A stretch of DNA of 50,293 nt from an uncultured Alphaproteobacteria bacterium (lineage in GTDB: Bacteria > Pseudomonadota > Alphaproteobacteria > HIMB59 > GCA-002718135): positions 1 to 50,293 of the forward strand of contig CACBDX010000004.1 of assembly GCA_902538155.1 (NCBI GenBank). Reading direction: 5' to 3'. A program made the translations under genes and the position numbers. Each line of letters starts with the position of its first letter. Position 1 is the stretch's first letter. The notes beneath the pieces are model-generated. The model did not search any database, had not been told where the DNA came from, and worked only from the letters and a program-made list of their open reading frames with translations. Positions 37,489-48,276 of the stretch are shown piece by piece.

Positions 37489-38877
37489 ATGGTTTGGAAT
37501 TTTCAAGATAGTTATACGAAACTACCTAGTATTTTTTATAGTAAAGTTAATCCTGAAAACTTTAGAAACAAAAAATTAGTTTTGTTTAATAATGATCTTG
37601 CAAGGGACTTAAATTTAGATTTTAGTAAATATAATGATGATGAGAAGTGTAATATTCTTTTGGGAAAAAATAAATTAAATAAAAATTACTTTTCTCAAGC
37701 TTATGCTGGACATCAATTTGGAAATTTTACAATTTTAGGGGATGGTAGAGCTGTAATTATTGGTGAACATATTACTAATAATAAACAAAGGGTAGATATA
37801 CAGTTAAAAGGATCAGGGCAGACACCCTACTCTAGAAATGGAGACGGAAAGGCTGCATTAGGTCCAATGATAAGGGAATACATATTGAGTGAAGCTATGC
37901 ATAATCTTGGCATATCATCAACCAGAGCGCTAGCTGTTATTACTACAGGTGAAAATGTATTGCGTGATAGATTAGAGCCTGGCGCAATTTTAATTAGAGT
38001 TGCAAATTCGCATATTAGAGTGGGAACTTTTCAATTTGGAAGCCTTTTAAAAAATAGAGAGGAATTTCAAAACTTTATATCTTATACAATTTCAAGGCTT
38101 TATCCTGATATAGATAATAATGATGATAAATATTTAAAATTTTATGAGACAATCTGTGATTTACAAATTAAGTTAGTCGTAGATTGGATGAGAGTTGGTT
38201 TTATTCATGGTGTTATGAATACCGATAATATGTCTTTATCTGGTGAAACTATAGATTATGGTCCAGCAGCATATTTGGATGAATATAATCCAAAAAAAGT
38301 TTTTAGCTCAATTGATAAAATGGGAAGATATTCTTTTGAAAATCAATCAAAAATAACGTTGTGGAATTTAGCAAGATTTGCTGAAACTTTTCTTCATTTA
38401 ATTGATTCAAATGAAAAAACAGCAATTAAAAAAATCGAAGATATATTAAATAAATATAAAAAATTGTTTGATCAATCTTGGTTAATAATGATGTCTATGA
38501 AATTAAATTTAGATACTAATAATAATAACGAAGAAATTGTTAAAGAATTTTTAGATTTGATGCATATTTATAAACTTGATTATACAAATACATTTTTAAA
38601 TTTAGAAAATAATACTCTTGATAAAAAGATTTTTAAAAATTGGGAAGAAAAATATAAAAATAATAAAATAAGAAAATTTAAAAATGTTAATCCTCAAATT
38701 ATACCTAGGAATCATATTATTGAAGAAATAATTAATGAAGTGTACAGCAATAATTACAATCAATTATATGAATTCGAAAAATTACTAAAAAATCCTTATG
38801 AGAAAATAGAAAATAAAAAATATATTACCCCACCTCTTGAAAGTGAAAAAGTATTTGAAACTTTTTGTGGTACTTAA
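37489..38877 (+). CDS. selO: Protein adenylyltransferase SelO/YdiU
   Basis: Motifs YAGHQFG, LGDGRA, LKGSGxTPYSR, HGVMNTDN, IDYGP and C-terminal TFCGT. Confidence 0.95.
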   Translation: MVWNFQDSYTKLPSIFYSKVNPENFRNKKLVLFNNDLARDLNLDFSKYNDDEKCNILLGKNKLNKNYFSQAYAGHQFGNFTILGDGRAVIIGEHITNNKQRVDIQLKGSGQTPYSRNGDGKAALGPMIREYILSEAMHNLGISSTRALAVITTGENVLRDRLEPGAILIRVANSHIRVGTFQFGSLLKNREEFQNFISYTISRLYPDIDNNDDKYLKFYETICDLQIKLVVDWMRVGFIHGVMNTDNMSLSGETIDYGPAAYLDEYNPKKVFSSIDKMGRYSFENQSKITLWNLARFAETFLHLIDSNEKTAIKKIEDILNKYKKLFDQSWLIMMSMKLNLDTNNNNEEIVKEFLDLMHIYKLDYTNTFLNLENNTLDKKIFKNWEEKYKNNKIRKFKNVNPQIIPRNHIIEEIINEVYSNNYNQLYEFEKLLKNPYEKIENKKYITPPLESEKVFETFCGT

Positions 38878-40254
38878 TTAAATAGCTATATTATATCTAA
38901 AATTTTTTTGAAAAGGATAAATTGGTTTTTCCCTAAATAAATTTTTAATTCTTTTAAAATCTTGGGTAACAAATCCATCTGTTAAAATCATAAAATTATC
39001 TGCTTTAAGTTTTTTAAGTTCTGGTGAAAGATATCCTGATTTTACAATCAATATTTTATATTTTTTTAAATTTATATTTAATTCCCTAAAATCACTTAGA
39101 TAATGAAAAGGTTTTCTGTATTTAGTAAAAATTACTGTATTATTATTAGAGATTACAATCGCATTATCATTTTTTAGATAAAATTTATCAATTGAAATAG
39201 AAATTTTCTTTTTTGAGATACTATCTTTTATGACAATTTTGTTTTTTTTATTTTTTAACTCTCTAAAAATTTCTTCATTATAAATTCCTGCAAATAGTGT
39301 GTTCTCTATCTTGTTTTTAAATACGTGCTCTAATACATCTATTCTACTACCTACTCCTCCAGCTGTTGGATTGTCTCCGCTATCGGCTAAAATTGTAAAT
39401 CTTTTTTTATTAACTACATGAAAAATCTTATTTAACTTGTAAGATTTCATATCATAAACTAAATTAAACCTATTATTCCAATAACTTAGTGCTATTTTCT
39501 TACAAATTCTTTTACCGATATTAATATCTGTACAATTTACAATTGCAGAAGCTGTTGCCCTCTTAGTATCAGCCCAAACATATCCTATAAGTAAATTACA
39601 ATCATTAATCCCATTCAATTTATTAAAAATATTAAGATTTTTATAAATTTTTTTACATGGCTCAACCATTGTAGATGACATTTCGCCTGAAACTAAAACT
39701 GGTATTTTTTCCCAAATAATATGATTTTTTTTATTTTTTAATATTCCATCTATTAACATTTTCAATGCCCTTGAATAAGTTTGCTTAACGTCAATATGTG
39801 GGGCTGTTTTATATGCTGCAAAATAATCGATATTTTTTATAATTGAATCAGTCATCTGCCCGTGAAGATCATAAGATAATGATATTTTACAGTTTTTAGA
39901 TACTTTAGAGCGAATTTGTTTAATAAAAAAACCTTCAGGATCACTAATACCTTTAACATACATAGCACCATGCATGATTAGTAAAATACCATCAATAGGT
40001 TTTGATTTTATTAAATCATTTATGATATTGTTAATTGTTTTTAAAAAAAATTTTTTATCTACAGGCCCACCAGGTAAACTTCTATAAAATTTATTTGGTA
40101 CAAACGTTATATTATTATGTTTGGAAAATGAAAAATTTATATATTTTAAAAGTTTTTTTCCACTTAAAACCTCAAAATCTTTTTTATTTTGTATTAATGT
40201 TGAATAAGAGCAGCATTCAGTACTAATACCGCAAATAAAAATTTTTTTTTTCAT
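38878..40254 (-). CDS. M81 family metallopeptidase (MlrC-like)
   Basis: Motifs HGAM, DLHG, PHID, DSGDNPTAGG and VKSGYL. Confidence 0.88.
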   Translation of the reverse strand: MKKKIFICGISTECCSYSTLIQNKKDFEVLSGKKLLKYINFSFSKHNNITFVPNKFYRSLPGGPVDKKFFLKTINNIINDLIKSKPIDGILLIMHGAMYVKGISDPEGFFIKQIRSKVSKNCKISLSYDLHGQMTDSIIKNIDYFAAYKTAPHIDVKQTYSRALKMLIDGILKNKKNHIIWEKIPVLVSGEMSSTMVEPCKKIYKNLNIFNKLNGINDCNLLIGYVWADTKRATASAIVNCTDINIGKRICKKIALSYWNNRFNLVYDMKSYKLNKIFHVVNKKRFTILADSGDNPTAGGVGSRIDVLEHVFKNKIENTLFAGIYNEEIFRELKNKKNKIVIKDSISKKKISISIDKFYLKNDNAIVISNNNTVIFTKYRKPFHYLSDFRELNINLKKYKILIVKSGYLSPELKKLKADNFMILTDGFVTQDFKRIKNLFREKPIYPFQKNFRYNIAI

Positions 40255-40258
40255 TAAA

Positions 40259-40606
40259 TTAACTTTTAATTAAATCAATTTTGGAAGCTAATATAAAATC
40301 ATTAACTGATAATCCCTCTATTGCGTGAGTATGGACCATAACTAAACAATAACCCCATCCTATTGATATGTCGGGATGATGGCCTTCTTTTTCTGCTACT
40401 TCTCCTACCTCATTTGCAAATGATATCGCTTTTTTAAAATTGCTAAATTTAAATTTTTTGAAAATCATTTCTTGATTGTCATTGACTGACCATTCATTAA
40501 GTTCAGATAAAAATTTACTAATTTCTTGATAATCTAATTTAGGAGTGTTTCCATTGCATGGTTCGCACTTTCCTGAAGATAAAGGTTTATTCATAAAATC
40601 TGGCAC
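40259..40606 (-). CDS. phhB: Pterin-4-alpha-carbinolamine dehydratase
   Basis: Motifs AEKEGHHPDI, THAIxGL and NDF. The start may be ATG at 40594. Confidence 0.92.
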   Translation of the reverse strand: MPDFMNKPLSSGKCEPCNGNTPKLDYQEISKFLSELNEWSVNDNQEMIFKKFKFSNFKKAISFANEVGEVAEKEGHHPDISIGWGYCLVMVHTHAIEGLSVNDFILASKIDLIKS

Positions 40607-41540
40607 CTTGTTGATTTAATTCAATTGAATATAAACTAGTTGTAGCTGTTATGAACAAGATATTTCCTTCCACTCCTCCAAATTCTAAATTTGATACTAA
40701 TTCAGGGATTATAAGTTGCCCAATTAATTCGTTTTGAGGATTAAAACATTTAATTGCTTTTCCTGCACTTGTCCAAACATTACCATCTTTATCACATCTA
40801 AAACCATCGGAGAAAAAGGGTTTAAAATCATAAATTAATTTTCTGTTAATGGGTAATCCGTCTACCATATCATAAACATACAAATGTTTGATATTTTCTC
40901 CAGTATCTGCAACATATAGTTTTTTTTCGTCTGGAGAAATGGCAATTCCATTTGGTCTATCAAGGTCGTCAATCATAACTTTTAAAGTATTTAGTTTAGG
41001 ATCAAAAGAAAACACATTACAGCCACCATATTCTTGCTCACCAGGATATCCCTCATAATCTGATAGAATACCATAAGGCGGATCTGTAAACCAAATTGTA
41101 TCATCCGATTTAACAAATAGGTCATTTGGCGAGTTAAGTTTCTTACCATTATAATTATGAACTAAGACTTCCACTTCTAAATTATCATTAGTTTTATAGA
41201 TACATCTTCCTCCATGTGAACAAGAAATAACATTCTCTTCTTTATCAATAGTATTTCCATTACAATAGTTGGAGGGATTTTTATATTCAGATACTATATC
41301 ATTTGATAACTTTAACATCCTGTTATTTGGTATATCGCTCCAGACTAATGTATCTAAATGAGGAATATAAGCAGGACCTTCTCCCCATAACATTCCAGAA
41401 GTAATTTTTTTAACTTCAGCAGACTTTACATAGTTATTGAATTGATCAGTATTTTCTACATGTTCATTATATTTATTTTTGTAAGCATAACTTGGATTTC
41501 TTGGATCTAAATCGGCAGGTAACAATTTTTTATCTGACAT
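40587..41540 (-). CDS. SMP-30/gluconolactonase family protein
   Basis: Motifs EGP, SDIP, LNSPND, FTDP, PNG and DG. Confidence 0.92.
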   Translation of the reverse strand: MSDKKLLPADLDPRNPSYAYKNKYNEHVENTDQFNNYVKSAEVKKITSGMLWGEGPAYIPHLDTLVWSDIPNNRMLKLSNDIVSEYKNPSNYCNGNTIDKEENVISCSHGGRCIYKTNDNLEVEVLVHNYNGKKLNSPNDLFVKSDDTIWFTDPPYGILSDYEGYPGEQEYGGCNVFSFDPKLNTLKVMIDDLDRPNGIAISPDEKKLYVADTGENIKHLYVYDMVDGLPINRKLIYDFKPFFSDGFRCDKDGNVWTSAGKAIKCFNPQNELIGQLIIPELVSNLEFGGVEGNILFITATTSLYSIELNQQGARFYE

Positions 41541-41541
41541 A

Positions 41542-42477
41542 TTATACTTCTACACCTTTTTGCTTTTTTTGTTTATCAATTAATTGTTTTGGGAAATTTT
41601 TTGCTCTTAATTTAATTTTTGCATCTTTTTCAATTAATTTAATAATACTAGTACTAAATGATCTTTCACCTAAAATTTTGATACCAAGTTTAAATTTTTT
41701 ACTTAGATAATTTCCCAGTTCTAATTTTATATTTTTTCCAAGTTTATTAAAAAGATTTATATCTTTATTGACTAGATCCATTGTAAATCCAACATCATAA
41801 CTGCCTCCAAGTATGACCTTTGTTTCAGTTTCATTTACAAAACTATTCCCAGAGCTTATTTTTATAGCTTTATACGTTAACCCTAAGTCAATTTTATTTT
41901 TTTTTGCAACACTCAAAGCCTCACCTATACCTACTAAATGTAATGATGCTAAATAATTTGTAATCACTTTTAATATTGAGGCATTTCCAATTTTTCCACA
42001 ATATAAAATTTCATGACCAAGCAATGATAAAATTGGGAAACATTTTTTGAAAGTTGATTTTTTGCCTGCAGCTAAAATAGATATATTCCCTGATTTAGCT
42101 CTATGTTCTCCTCCGGTAATAGGACATTCTAATACTTTTCCACCTTTACTAGTTACTTTTTTGGATAGACTTATCATATCGTTTTTATCTGTAGTACTCA
42201 TCTCAATCCAGATATGTTTTTTAGTTAAATATTTTAATATAGTTTTTAAAACTTTGCTTACCGCTTTTGGTGAAGGTAAACAGGTTATTATAATATCACT
42301 CTTTTCAGTTAATTCTTTTAAGGTTTTACAAGGCTTATTTTTTAGATTTTTTAATCTTGAATAAGATTGATTATTTTTATCATACACAAAAACATTATTA
42401 TTTGATTTTAATAAATTATTTGCAAGGTTTGAACCAACGTTTCCTACACCTATGAAACCAATAGATTCTGATTTCAT
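41542..42477 (-). CDS. 3-hydroxyisobutyrate dehydrogenase-family NAD(P) oxidoreductase
   Basis: Motifs GFIGVGNVG, EMST, PITGG and KVITN. Confidence 0.88.
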   Translation of the reverse strand: MKSESIGFIGVGNVGSNLANNLLKSNNNVFVYDKNNQSYSRLKNLKNKPCKTLKELTEKSDIIITCLPSPKAVSKVLKTILKYLTKKHIWIEMSTTDKNDMISLSKKVTSKGGKVLECPITGGEHRAKSGNISILAAGKKSTFKKCFPILSLLGHEILYCGKIGNASILKVITNYLASLHLVGIGEALSVAKKNKIDLGLTYKAIKISSGNSFVNETETKVILGGSYDVGFTMDLVNKDINLFNKLGKNIKLELGNYLSKKFKLGIKILGERSFSTSIIKLIEKDAKIKLRAKNFPKQLIDKQKKQKGVEV

Positions 42478-43226
42478 AAATCAATAATCATTCCATCATA
42501 TCCAGGTTTAACATTTGTTGGGCACTTAGTTATTAATTGTTTTTCATCTAGTAAAGCTGTCATATGAGTAAAAATAGTTTGTTTTGGTTTAATATAAGAA
42601 ATGAACTCCATTATTTGATCAAATCCAGCATGTGAAGGATGCGAATCCTCTCTTAACAAACCAACTATCCATAGATCTAGATTTTTTAATTTATCAATAT
42701 CTTTGTTATAAAATTTTTTTAAATCTGTAGAATAAGCAAAATTTCCAATCTTGTAAGTTTGAACATCAATTGACCCATGATTATGTTTAAATGTTTCAAT
42801 ATTTATATTCTGAAAATTTATACTAGAATCTAATTCTTTAATTTCCATAAATGGTAAATAATCTTTTTCTCCTTTAAAAATATATTTATAATTTGTTTCC
42901 ATCTCTGTAATCATTTCTTTAGGCATATATGCAGGGATAATTTTTTTATTTATTAATGACATTGCTCTCATATCTGGCACACCTGATGTATGATCAGAAT
43001 GAATATGGGTATAAAGAACCGCATCAATATTAGTACATTTAGCATTATAAAGTTGCTGTCTAAGGTCTGGACTAGTATCAATTAGAATATTTGTATTTTT
43101 ATATTCAATTAATACAGATGATCTTGTTCTAAAATTTCTTTTATTATTAAGATCAATATTACCATGTCTATTCCATGCTAAAGGTGATCCGAAAGATCCT
43201 CCACAGCCTAAAATTGTTATTTTCAT
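42474..43226 (-). CDS. MBL-fold hydrolase (PhnP/YycJ-like)
   Basis: Motifs LGCGxS, DTSPDLRQQ and THxHSDH; conserved position after tatD. Confidence 0.92.
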   Translation of the reverse strand: MKITILGCGGSFGSPLAWNRHGNIDLNNKRNFRTRSSVLIEYKNTNILIDTSPDLRQQLYNAKCTNIDAVLYTHIHSDHTSGVPDMRAMSLINKKIIPAYMPKEMITEMETNYKYIFKGEKDYLPFMEIKELDSSINFQNINIETFKHNHGSIDVQTYKIGNFAYSTDLKKFYNKDIDKLKNLDLWIVGLLREDSHPSHAGFDQIMEFISYIKPKQTIFTHMTALLDEKQLITKCPTNVKPGYDGMIIDL

Positions 43227-44008
43227 TACAGATAATTATCTCTTTTAGCTTTCGTAAACAAATTAAAAAAATTATTATCAGTTATTTTTTCAAATTCTTC
43301 TAAGGATAATTTAAAAAATTTTGCCAAATATTCAGCTGTGTACTTTACAAAAGATGGTTCATTAACTTTACCCCTCATTGGTTCAGGTGCTAAAAAAGGA
43401 CTGTCAGTTTCTATAAGTATAGAATCTAAAGGAGCATCCTTAATTATATCTCTTAAATTTGATGCATTTTTAAATGTTATTATTCCAGAAATAGAAATGT
43501 AGTAGTTATTCTCTAAACAAAAATTTAATAGCTGATTTGAACCGGTGAAACAGTGAAAAATTAGTTTTAAATTATTTAATTTATAATTTTTTAAAATATC
43601 TACAATTTCTTTTTCAGAATTTCTTTGATGAATGATAATTGGTAACGAATGCTTTATTGAAGCTTCAATATGGGTTTCAAAGACTTTTGTTTGTTCTTTG
43701 AGAAATTGATCATCATGATACAAGTCAATGCCTGTTTCGCCTATTCCTATTACTTTTTCGTTATTACAGTATTGATCAAAGTTTTGTAATTCAATTTGGT
43801 TCATTGATTGAACATCACTTGGATGAAGTCCATATGAGAGATAAATAGAATTATAATTTTTTATTAAATTTAAATGATCCTGGAAATCTTCAGGTTTGGT
43901 ATTGATTGATAATATTGAGCGAATATTATTTTTTTTGGAATTATTAATGATATTTTCAAAATTTTCTGATAATTTTTTAAAATTTAAATGACAATGTGAA
44001 TCAATCAT
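43226..44008 (-). CDS. tatD: TatD family nuclease
   Basis: Motifs DSHCHL, GETGID, HCFT and ETDSPFLAP. Confidence 0.95.
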   Translation of the reverse strand: MIDSHCHLNFKKLSENFENIINNSKKNNIRSILSINTKPEDFQDHLNLIKNYNSIYLSYGLHPSDVQSMNQIELQNFDQYCNNEKVIGIGETGIDLYHDDQFLKEQTKVFETHIEASIKHSLPIIIHQRNSEKEIVDILKNYKLNNLKLIFHCFTGSNQLLNFCLENNYYISISGIITFKNASNLRDIIKDAPLDSILIETDSPFLAPEPMRGKVNEPSFVKYTAEYLAKFFKLSLEEFEKITDNNFFNLFTKAKRDNYL

Positions 44009-45521
44009 TCAATATTCTTGGAAATATTGGTTCTGGGTTATTTATTTTTATATTTTGATTTATTAGTTTAGTGAAGCTGTTAAATTTATTATTTTCCATA
44101 TTATAGTTAAAAATACTAAGAATTTTCTTAGAACTAGTTGGGATTATTGGATAAAGCATAATAGCAGATTTAATAATTATATTTGTGACAATATATAAAA
44201 CTTCTTCCATTCTAATTTTATTTGTTTTTTTCAGTGTCCATGGTGCTTGAGTGTCAACATATGCATTACCGGCAGATATTAACTCCAAGACAGATCTAAT
44301 TGCTCTATCAATCTGTTGATTATCCATAAATTTACAATATTCATCAAATTTATTCTGAAGAATATTAATTAAATCCTGATCGTCATTAGTTAAATTTTCT
44401 GCTGGCTTTAGTAAAGAATCATTATTTTTAACTACAAATGATGAAATCCTTTGTACTAAATTACCAAAATTATTCGATAAATCCGCATTAATTCTATTTG
44501 CAATTGCTTTTTTTGAAAAATCCCCATCATTCCCAAAGGGTACTTCTCTAAATAAAAAAAATCTTATTTGATCTAAACCATACTCATCAATTATTTCATA
44601 AGGGTCAATGACATTACCAAGTGATTTAGAAATTTTTTGTCCTTCATTTGTCCACCAACCGTGTGCAAATATTCTTTTAGGCGGCTCAATGCCTGCAGCC
44701 ATTAAAAAAGCTGGCCAATACACTGCATGAAATCTTAATATGTCTTTCCCCACAATGTGTGTTGCAGGCCAAAATTGTTTATAATTTTTATTATTTATAT
44801 CTGGATAACCAATTGCAGTTAGGTAGTTGCATAATGCATCAATCCAAACATACATCACATGCTTCGAATTATTTGGAACTGGCACTCCCCAATTAAATGT
44901 TGTTCTTGAAATAGACAGATCTTTTAATCCACCTTTAATAAAACTTAATACTTCATTATATCGCGTTTTAGGTAAGATTGATTCTGGATTTTTTTCATAA
45001 TAATTGATTAACTTATCTTGCCATTCTGAAAGCTTAAAAAAATAACTCTCCTCCTTAACCCATTCTACAGGTGATCCATTATCCGTAACATATTTTCCAT
45101 CAATCTTTTTTAATTCATTTTCTAAATAAAATGCTTCATCTCTAACTGAGTACCAACCTTCATAATTTGAAAGATATATTTGATTATTTTTTTCTAATTG
45201 CCTCCAAAGTTCTTGTGAAGCTTTAATATGTCTTTCTTCAGTAGTTCGTATAAAATCATCTATTTCACATCCTAAAAAAGGTATTAAATTAATAAAATTA
45301 ACTGAAAGTTTATCGACGAATTCTTTAGGTTTTAAGTTTGAATTAATAGCAGCTTTTTCTACTTTTTGCCCATGTTCGTCTGTACCTGTTAAAAAGAATA
45401 CATTCTTTCCTAATAATTTATTATATCGCGCAATAATATCGCAAGCTATACTTGTATAAGCATGACCTATATGAGGTATGTCATTAGTGTAGTAAATTGG
45501 AGTAGTTATATAAAAATTCAT
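44001..45521 (-). CDS. metG: Methionyl-tRNA synthetase (short form)
   Basis: Motifs ITTPIYY, HIGH, GTDEHG and KISKS. Confidence 0.97.
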   Translation of the reverse strand: MNFYITTPIYYTNDIPHIGHAYTSIACDIIARYNKLLGKNVFFLTGTDEHGQKVEKAAINSNLKPKEFVDKLSVNFINLIPFLGCEIDDFIRTTEERHIKASQELWRQLEKNNQIYLSNYEGWYSVRDEAFYLENELKKIDGKYVTDNGSPVEWVKEESYFFKLSEWQDKLINYYEKNPESILPKTRYNEVLSFIKGGLKDLSISRTTFNWGVPVPNNSKHVMYVWIDALCNYLTAIGYPDINNKNYKQFWPATHIVGKDILRFHAVYWPAFLMAAGIEPPKRIFAHGWWTNEGQKISKSLGNVIDPYEIIDEYGLDQIRFFLFREVPFGNDGDFSKKAIANRINADLSNNFGNLVQRISSFVVKNNDSLLKPAENLTNDDQDLINILQNKFDEYCKFMDNQQIDRAIRSVLELISAGNAYVDTQAPWTLKKTNKIRMEEVLYIVTNIIIKSAIMLYPIIPTSSKKILSIFNYNMENNKFNSFTKLINQNIKINNPEPIFPRILND

Positions 45522-45522
45522 T

Positions 45523-46506
45523 TTATTGAGTTAAAAAATTTAATATAAATATTTTTTTATCAAGATTTAAACTAAATAATTCTTTTTGGTTATTAGTTAA
45601 ATAATCAAATCTATCAATAAGATTTTTTTTGCTAAGATTTACAGATAAAGACTCTAACTCTAGATAATTTGGCATATTAACTAAGCTTTTATCATCTCTG
45701 TTTACTTTTAGCTTATTAGCAACAATTAGGATAAACTTTAGCATTGATAAATAATTATTAAATTCATCATTAGTAAGTTTTGATAAGATATTAGATAAAT
45801 TTATTTTATCATCATCTAGATCATTTGATAAAAGACATTTAATTGATAATTGGAAAATATCCAAGAAATCATTATTATAATAAAGAATAGTGTTTCCAGG
45901 TGATCCATAAGTTAATTCAAAGTAAAAATTTATTTCTTCATTAGATATTTCATCAATTTTATTTTTAATAATTTTAGTAAAATTTGTTAAATTATGAGTA
46001 TTAAATTTAATTTTCAAACATCTTGATCTAATTGTTGGCAGAAGTAATGAAATCTGGTTTGATATTAAAAAAATATAGTTATTTTCTTTCGGTTCTTCTA
46101 GAATTTTAAGCATACTATTTGCAGAACTAATGTTTAAATAATCAGCAGAATCAATGATAACTATTTTAGAAGAATTTTGAATTATTGATGTTGAATTTAA
46201 AAATGTTTTTAATCTTCTAATTTGATCAATAGTTATATTAGTTTTAATTTTTCCAGTTTTGTTATCAATTTCTTTTTCAATTATTTTTATATTTGGATGT
46301 GTATTATTTTTAAATAAATTTAAATGATGATCAACATTATTATCTTTAAATTCTATATTTATAATATTTTTAACTAATTTGTTAAGAAAAGTTCTTTTAC
46401 CTATGCCACTCAATCCATGAACTAAAATTGAATTTGGAAGATTATTTGATTCGTATCTGTTGAGAAGATCATTATACTCTTTTTCAAAACCTATTAATTC
46501 AATCAT
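45523..46506 (-). CDS. holB: DNA polymerase III delta' subunit
   Basis: Motifs GxxGIGK, ANxxLKxLEEP and LPTIRSRC; lies between tmk and metG. Confidence 0.92.
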   Translation of the reverse strand: MIELIGFEKEYNDLLNRYESNNLPNSILVHGLSGIGKRTFLNKLVKNIINIEFKDNNVDHHLNLFKNNTHPNIKIIEKEIDNKTGKIKTNITIDQIRRLKTFLNSTSIIQNSSKIVIIDSADYLNISSANSMLKILEEPKENNYIFLISNQISLLLPTIRSRCLKIKFNTHNLTNFTKIIKNKIDEISNEEINFYFELTYGSPGNTILYYNNDFLDIFQLSIKCLLSNDLDDDKINLSNILSKLTNDEFNNYLSMLKFILIVANKLKVNRDDKSLVNMPNYLELESLSVNLSKKNLIDRFDYLTNNQKELFSLNLDKKIFILNFLTQ

Positions 46507-46509
46507 TAA

Positions 46510-47121
46510 TTACAACTTTAATTTTTCAATAATATTTTTATGAATTATATCTCTAGATAAAGAAGCATCTATAGTTATATATCTTTTTGGATTTGCTATT
46601 TTTTTATATCCTTGAATTACTTTTTGATGAAATAATAAATTAGATTTATCATATTTGTTTTTAACTTTTCTTTGTTTTAATCTTTTGATTATTTCTTTTG
46701 GATTGATTTTAAAAATAAAAGTATAGTCAGGAAAGAAATTATTTAGAAGTTCATTATGAAGTTTTTGAGCTCTTTTAATACCAAACTTATTCACATATCC
46801 TTGATAAACAAATGAAGAATCTGCATATCGATCTGAAATGACAATCTTACCTTTTTTAAGATTAGGTATAATTACTTCATTAATATGGTTTGACCTAGCA
46901 GCCATAAGAAGAAGTAATTCTTCTAAATTATTAATTGTGGATTTATTATCTAAAATTAATTTTCTTAATTTTTCTGCAAAATTGGTTCCTCCTGGTTCTC
47001 TGGATATAATAAAAGGAATTTTCTTTTTTTTTAAATATTTTGATAAAAGTAATATTTGAGATGACTTTCCACTAGCTTCGGGTCCTTCAAAAGTAATGAA
47101 CAAACCTTTATTTAATTTCAT
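46510..47121 (-). CDS. tmk: Thymidylate kinase
   Basis: Motifs FITFEGxExSGKS, REPGG and DRYxDSSxxYQG. Confidence 0.96.
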   Translation of the reverse strand: MKLNKGLFITFEGPEASGKSSQILLLSKYLKKKKIPFIISREPGGTNFAEKLRKLILDNKSTINNLEELLLLMAARSNHINEVIIPNLKKGKIVISDRYADSSFVYQGYVNKFGIKRAQKLHNELLNNFFPDYTFIFKINPKEIIKRLKQRKVKNKYDKSNLLFHQKVIQGYKKIANPKRYITIDASLSRDIIHKNIIEKLKL

Positions 47122-48241
47122 CTAAACTTCTTCCAAAAATTAAGTATTTTGCTGCAGCAAAAATTTTAAATAAAGGATTAATTTCAGATACATCTTTTTC
47201 AGCAATAAGGGGTATTTCTATTTTTGGCTTTCCATCAATACCAATTATTAATTTTCCCAATTCATCACCTTTTTTTATTGGGGCAGAAATTGGTTTGGTA
47301 TATTCAATAGATGAATTCATTAATTGAATTTGATCAAATGATAATGTTGATACTACTTTTTGTTCACTTATTAAATTAATACTACTCTCACTACCCAGCC
47401 ATACATCTACTTCTTTAATAAATTGATCTTTTTCAACTAATGTTTGTTGCGATGTTTGATTAAATGCCCAATTTATTAAGTTAGATGACTCATTTAATCT
47501 TGATCTAGAACTATTTGTGCCATTTATAACAACTGTAATTCTTCTATCATTCCTCAATGCTGTAGCCGCTATCCCCCAACCAGACTCTTTAGTGAAGCCT
47601 GTTTTTAATCCATCAGCTCCTTGAACTTGATATAAAAGCTTATTTCTATTGGGTTGACTAATATCGTTATAAGTAAATTCTTCCATTTTGAAGTATGAAT
47701 AGAGCTGAGGGAAATCTTTAATAAGAGCATTTGAAAGAATTCCAAGATCATAAACAGTGGAATAGTGATTATCATCTGGCCACCCAGATGAATTAATAAA
47801 GTTTGTATTTTTCATTCCTAAGCGCTCTGCATAAACATTCATAAGTTTAGCAAAGTCATCTTCCGTACCACCTAAGCATTCTGCCAAGGCTATAGAAGCA
47901 TCATTACCAGATTGAACAATAATACCCTTTAATAAATCATCAACTGTTACATTATCATCTATCTCTAAAAATGTTCTAGAACCACCCATTTTATATGCTT
48001 TAGGAGAAACTTTACATTCATTAGAAATTGCAAAATTAGTATTCTTTATTCTATCAAATGCAACATAAACAGTCATGATCTTAGTCATTGAAGCAGGTAT
48101 AACTTTTGTATTAGAATTTTTTTCAAAAAGAACTTCGTTGGTATCAAAATCAATAACAACCGCTTGCTCTGCTTTCGTATCAATAGCGTAAAGTTTAAAA
48201 GAAATTATAAAAAATAAAAAAAAGCTAAAAATTTTTACCAT
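47108..48241 (-). CDS. D-alanyl-D-alanine carboxypeptidase (PBP5/6 family)
   Basis: SMTK (SxxK), SGN and KTG motifs; signal peptide. Confidence 0.95.
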   Translation of the reverse strand: MVKIFSFFLFFIISFKLYAIDTKAEQAVVIDFDTNEVLFEKNSNTKVIPASMTKIMTVYVAFDRIKNTNFAISNECKVSPKAYKMGGSRTFLEIDDNVTVDDLLKGIIVQSGNDASIALAECLGGTEDDFAKLMNVYAERLGMKNTNFINSSGWPDDNHYSTVYDLGILSNALIKDFPQLYSYFKMEEFTYNDISQPNRNKLLYQVQGADGLKTGFTKESGWGIAATALRNDRRITVVINGTNSSRSRLNESSNLINWAFNQTSQQTLVEKDQFIKEVDVWLGSESSINLISEQKVVSTLSFDQIQLMNSSIEYTKPISAPIKKGDELGKLIIGIDGKPKIEIPLIAEKDVSEINPLFKIFAAAKYLIFGRSLDEIK

Positions 48242-48276
48242 AAATATTAATAATTCTTAATTATGACCTTTATTTG

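Noticed and set aside
44001-46506. MetG lacking the Zn-knuckle Cys and C-terminal domain; HolB lacking the Zn module
   Set aside because: Both are ordinary for Alphaproteobacteria.
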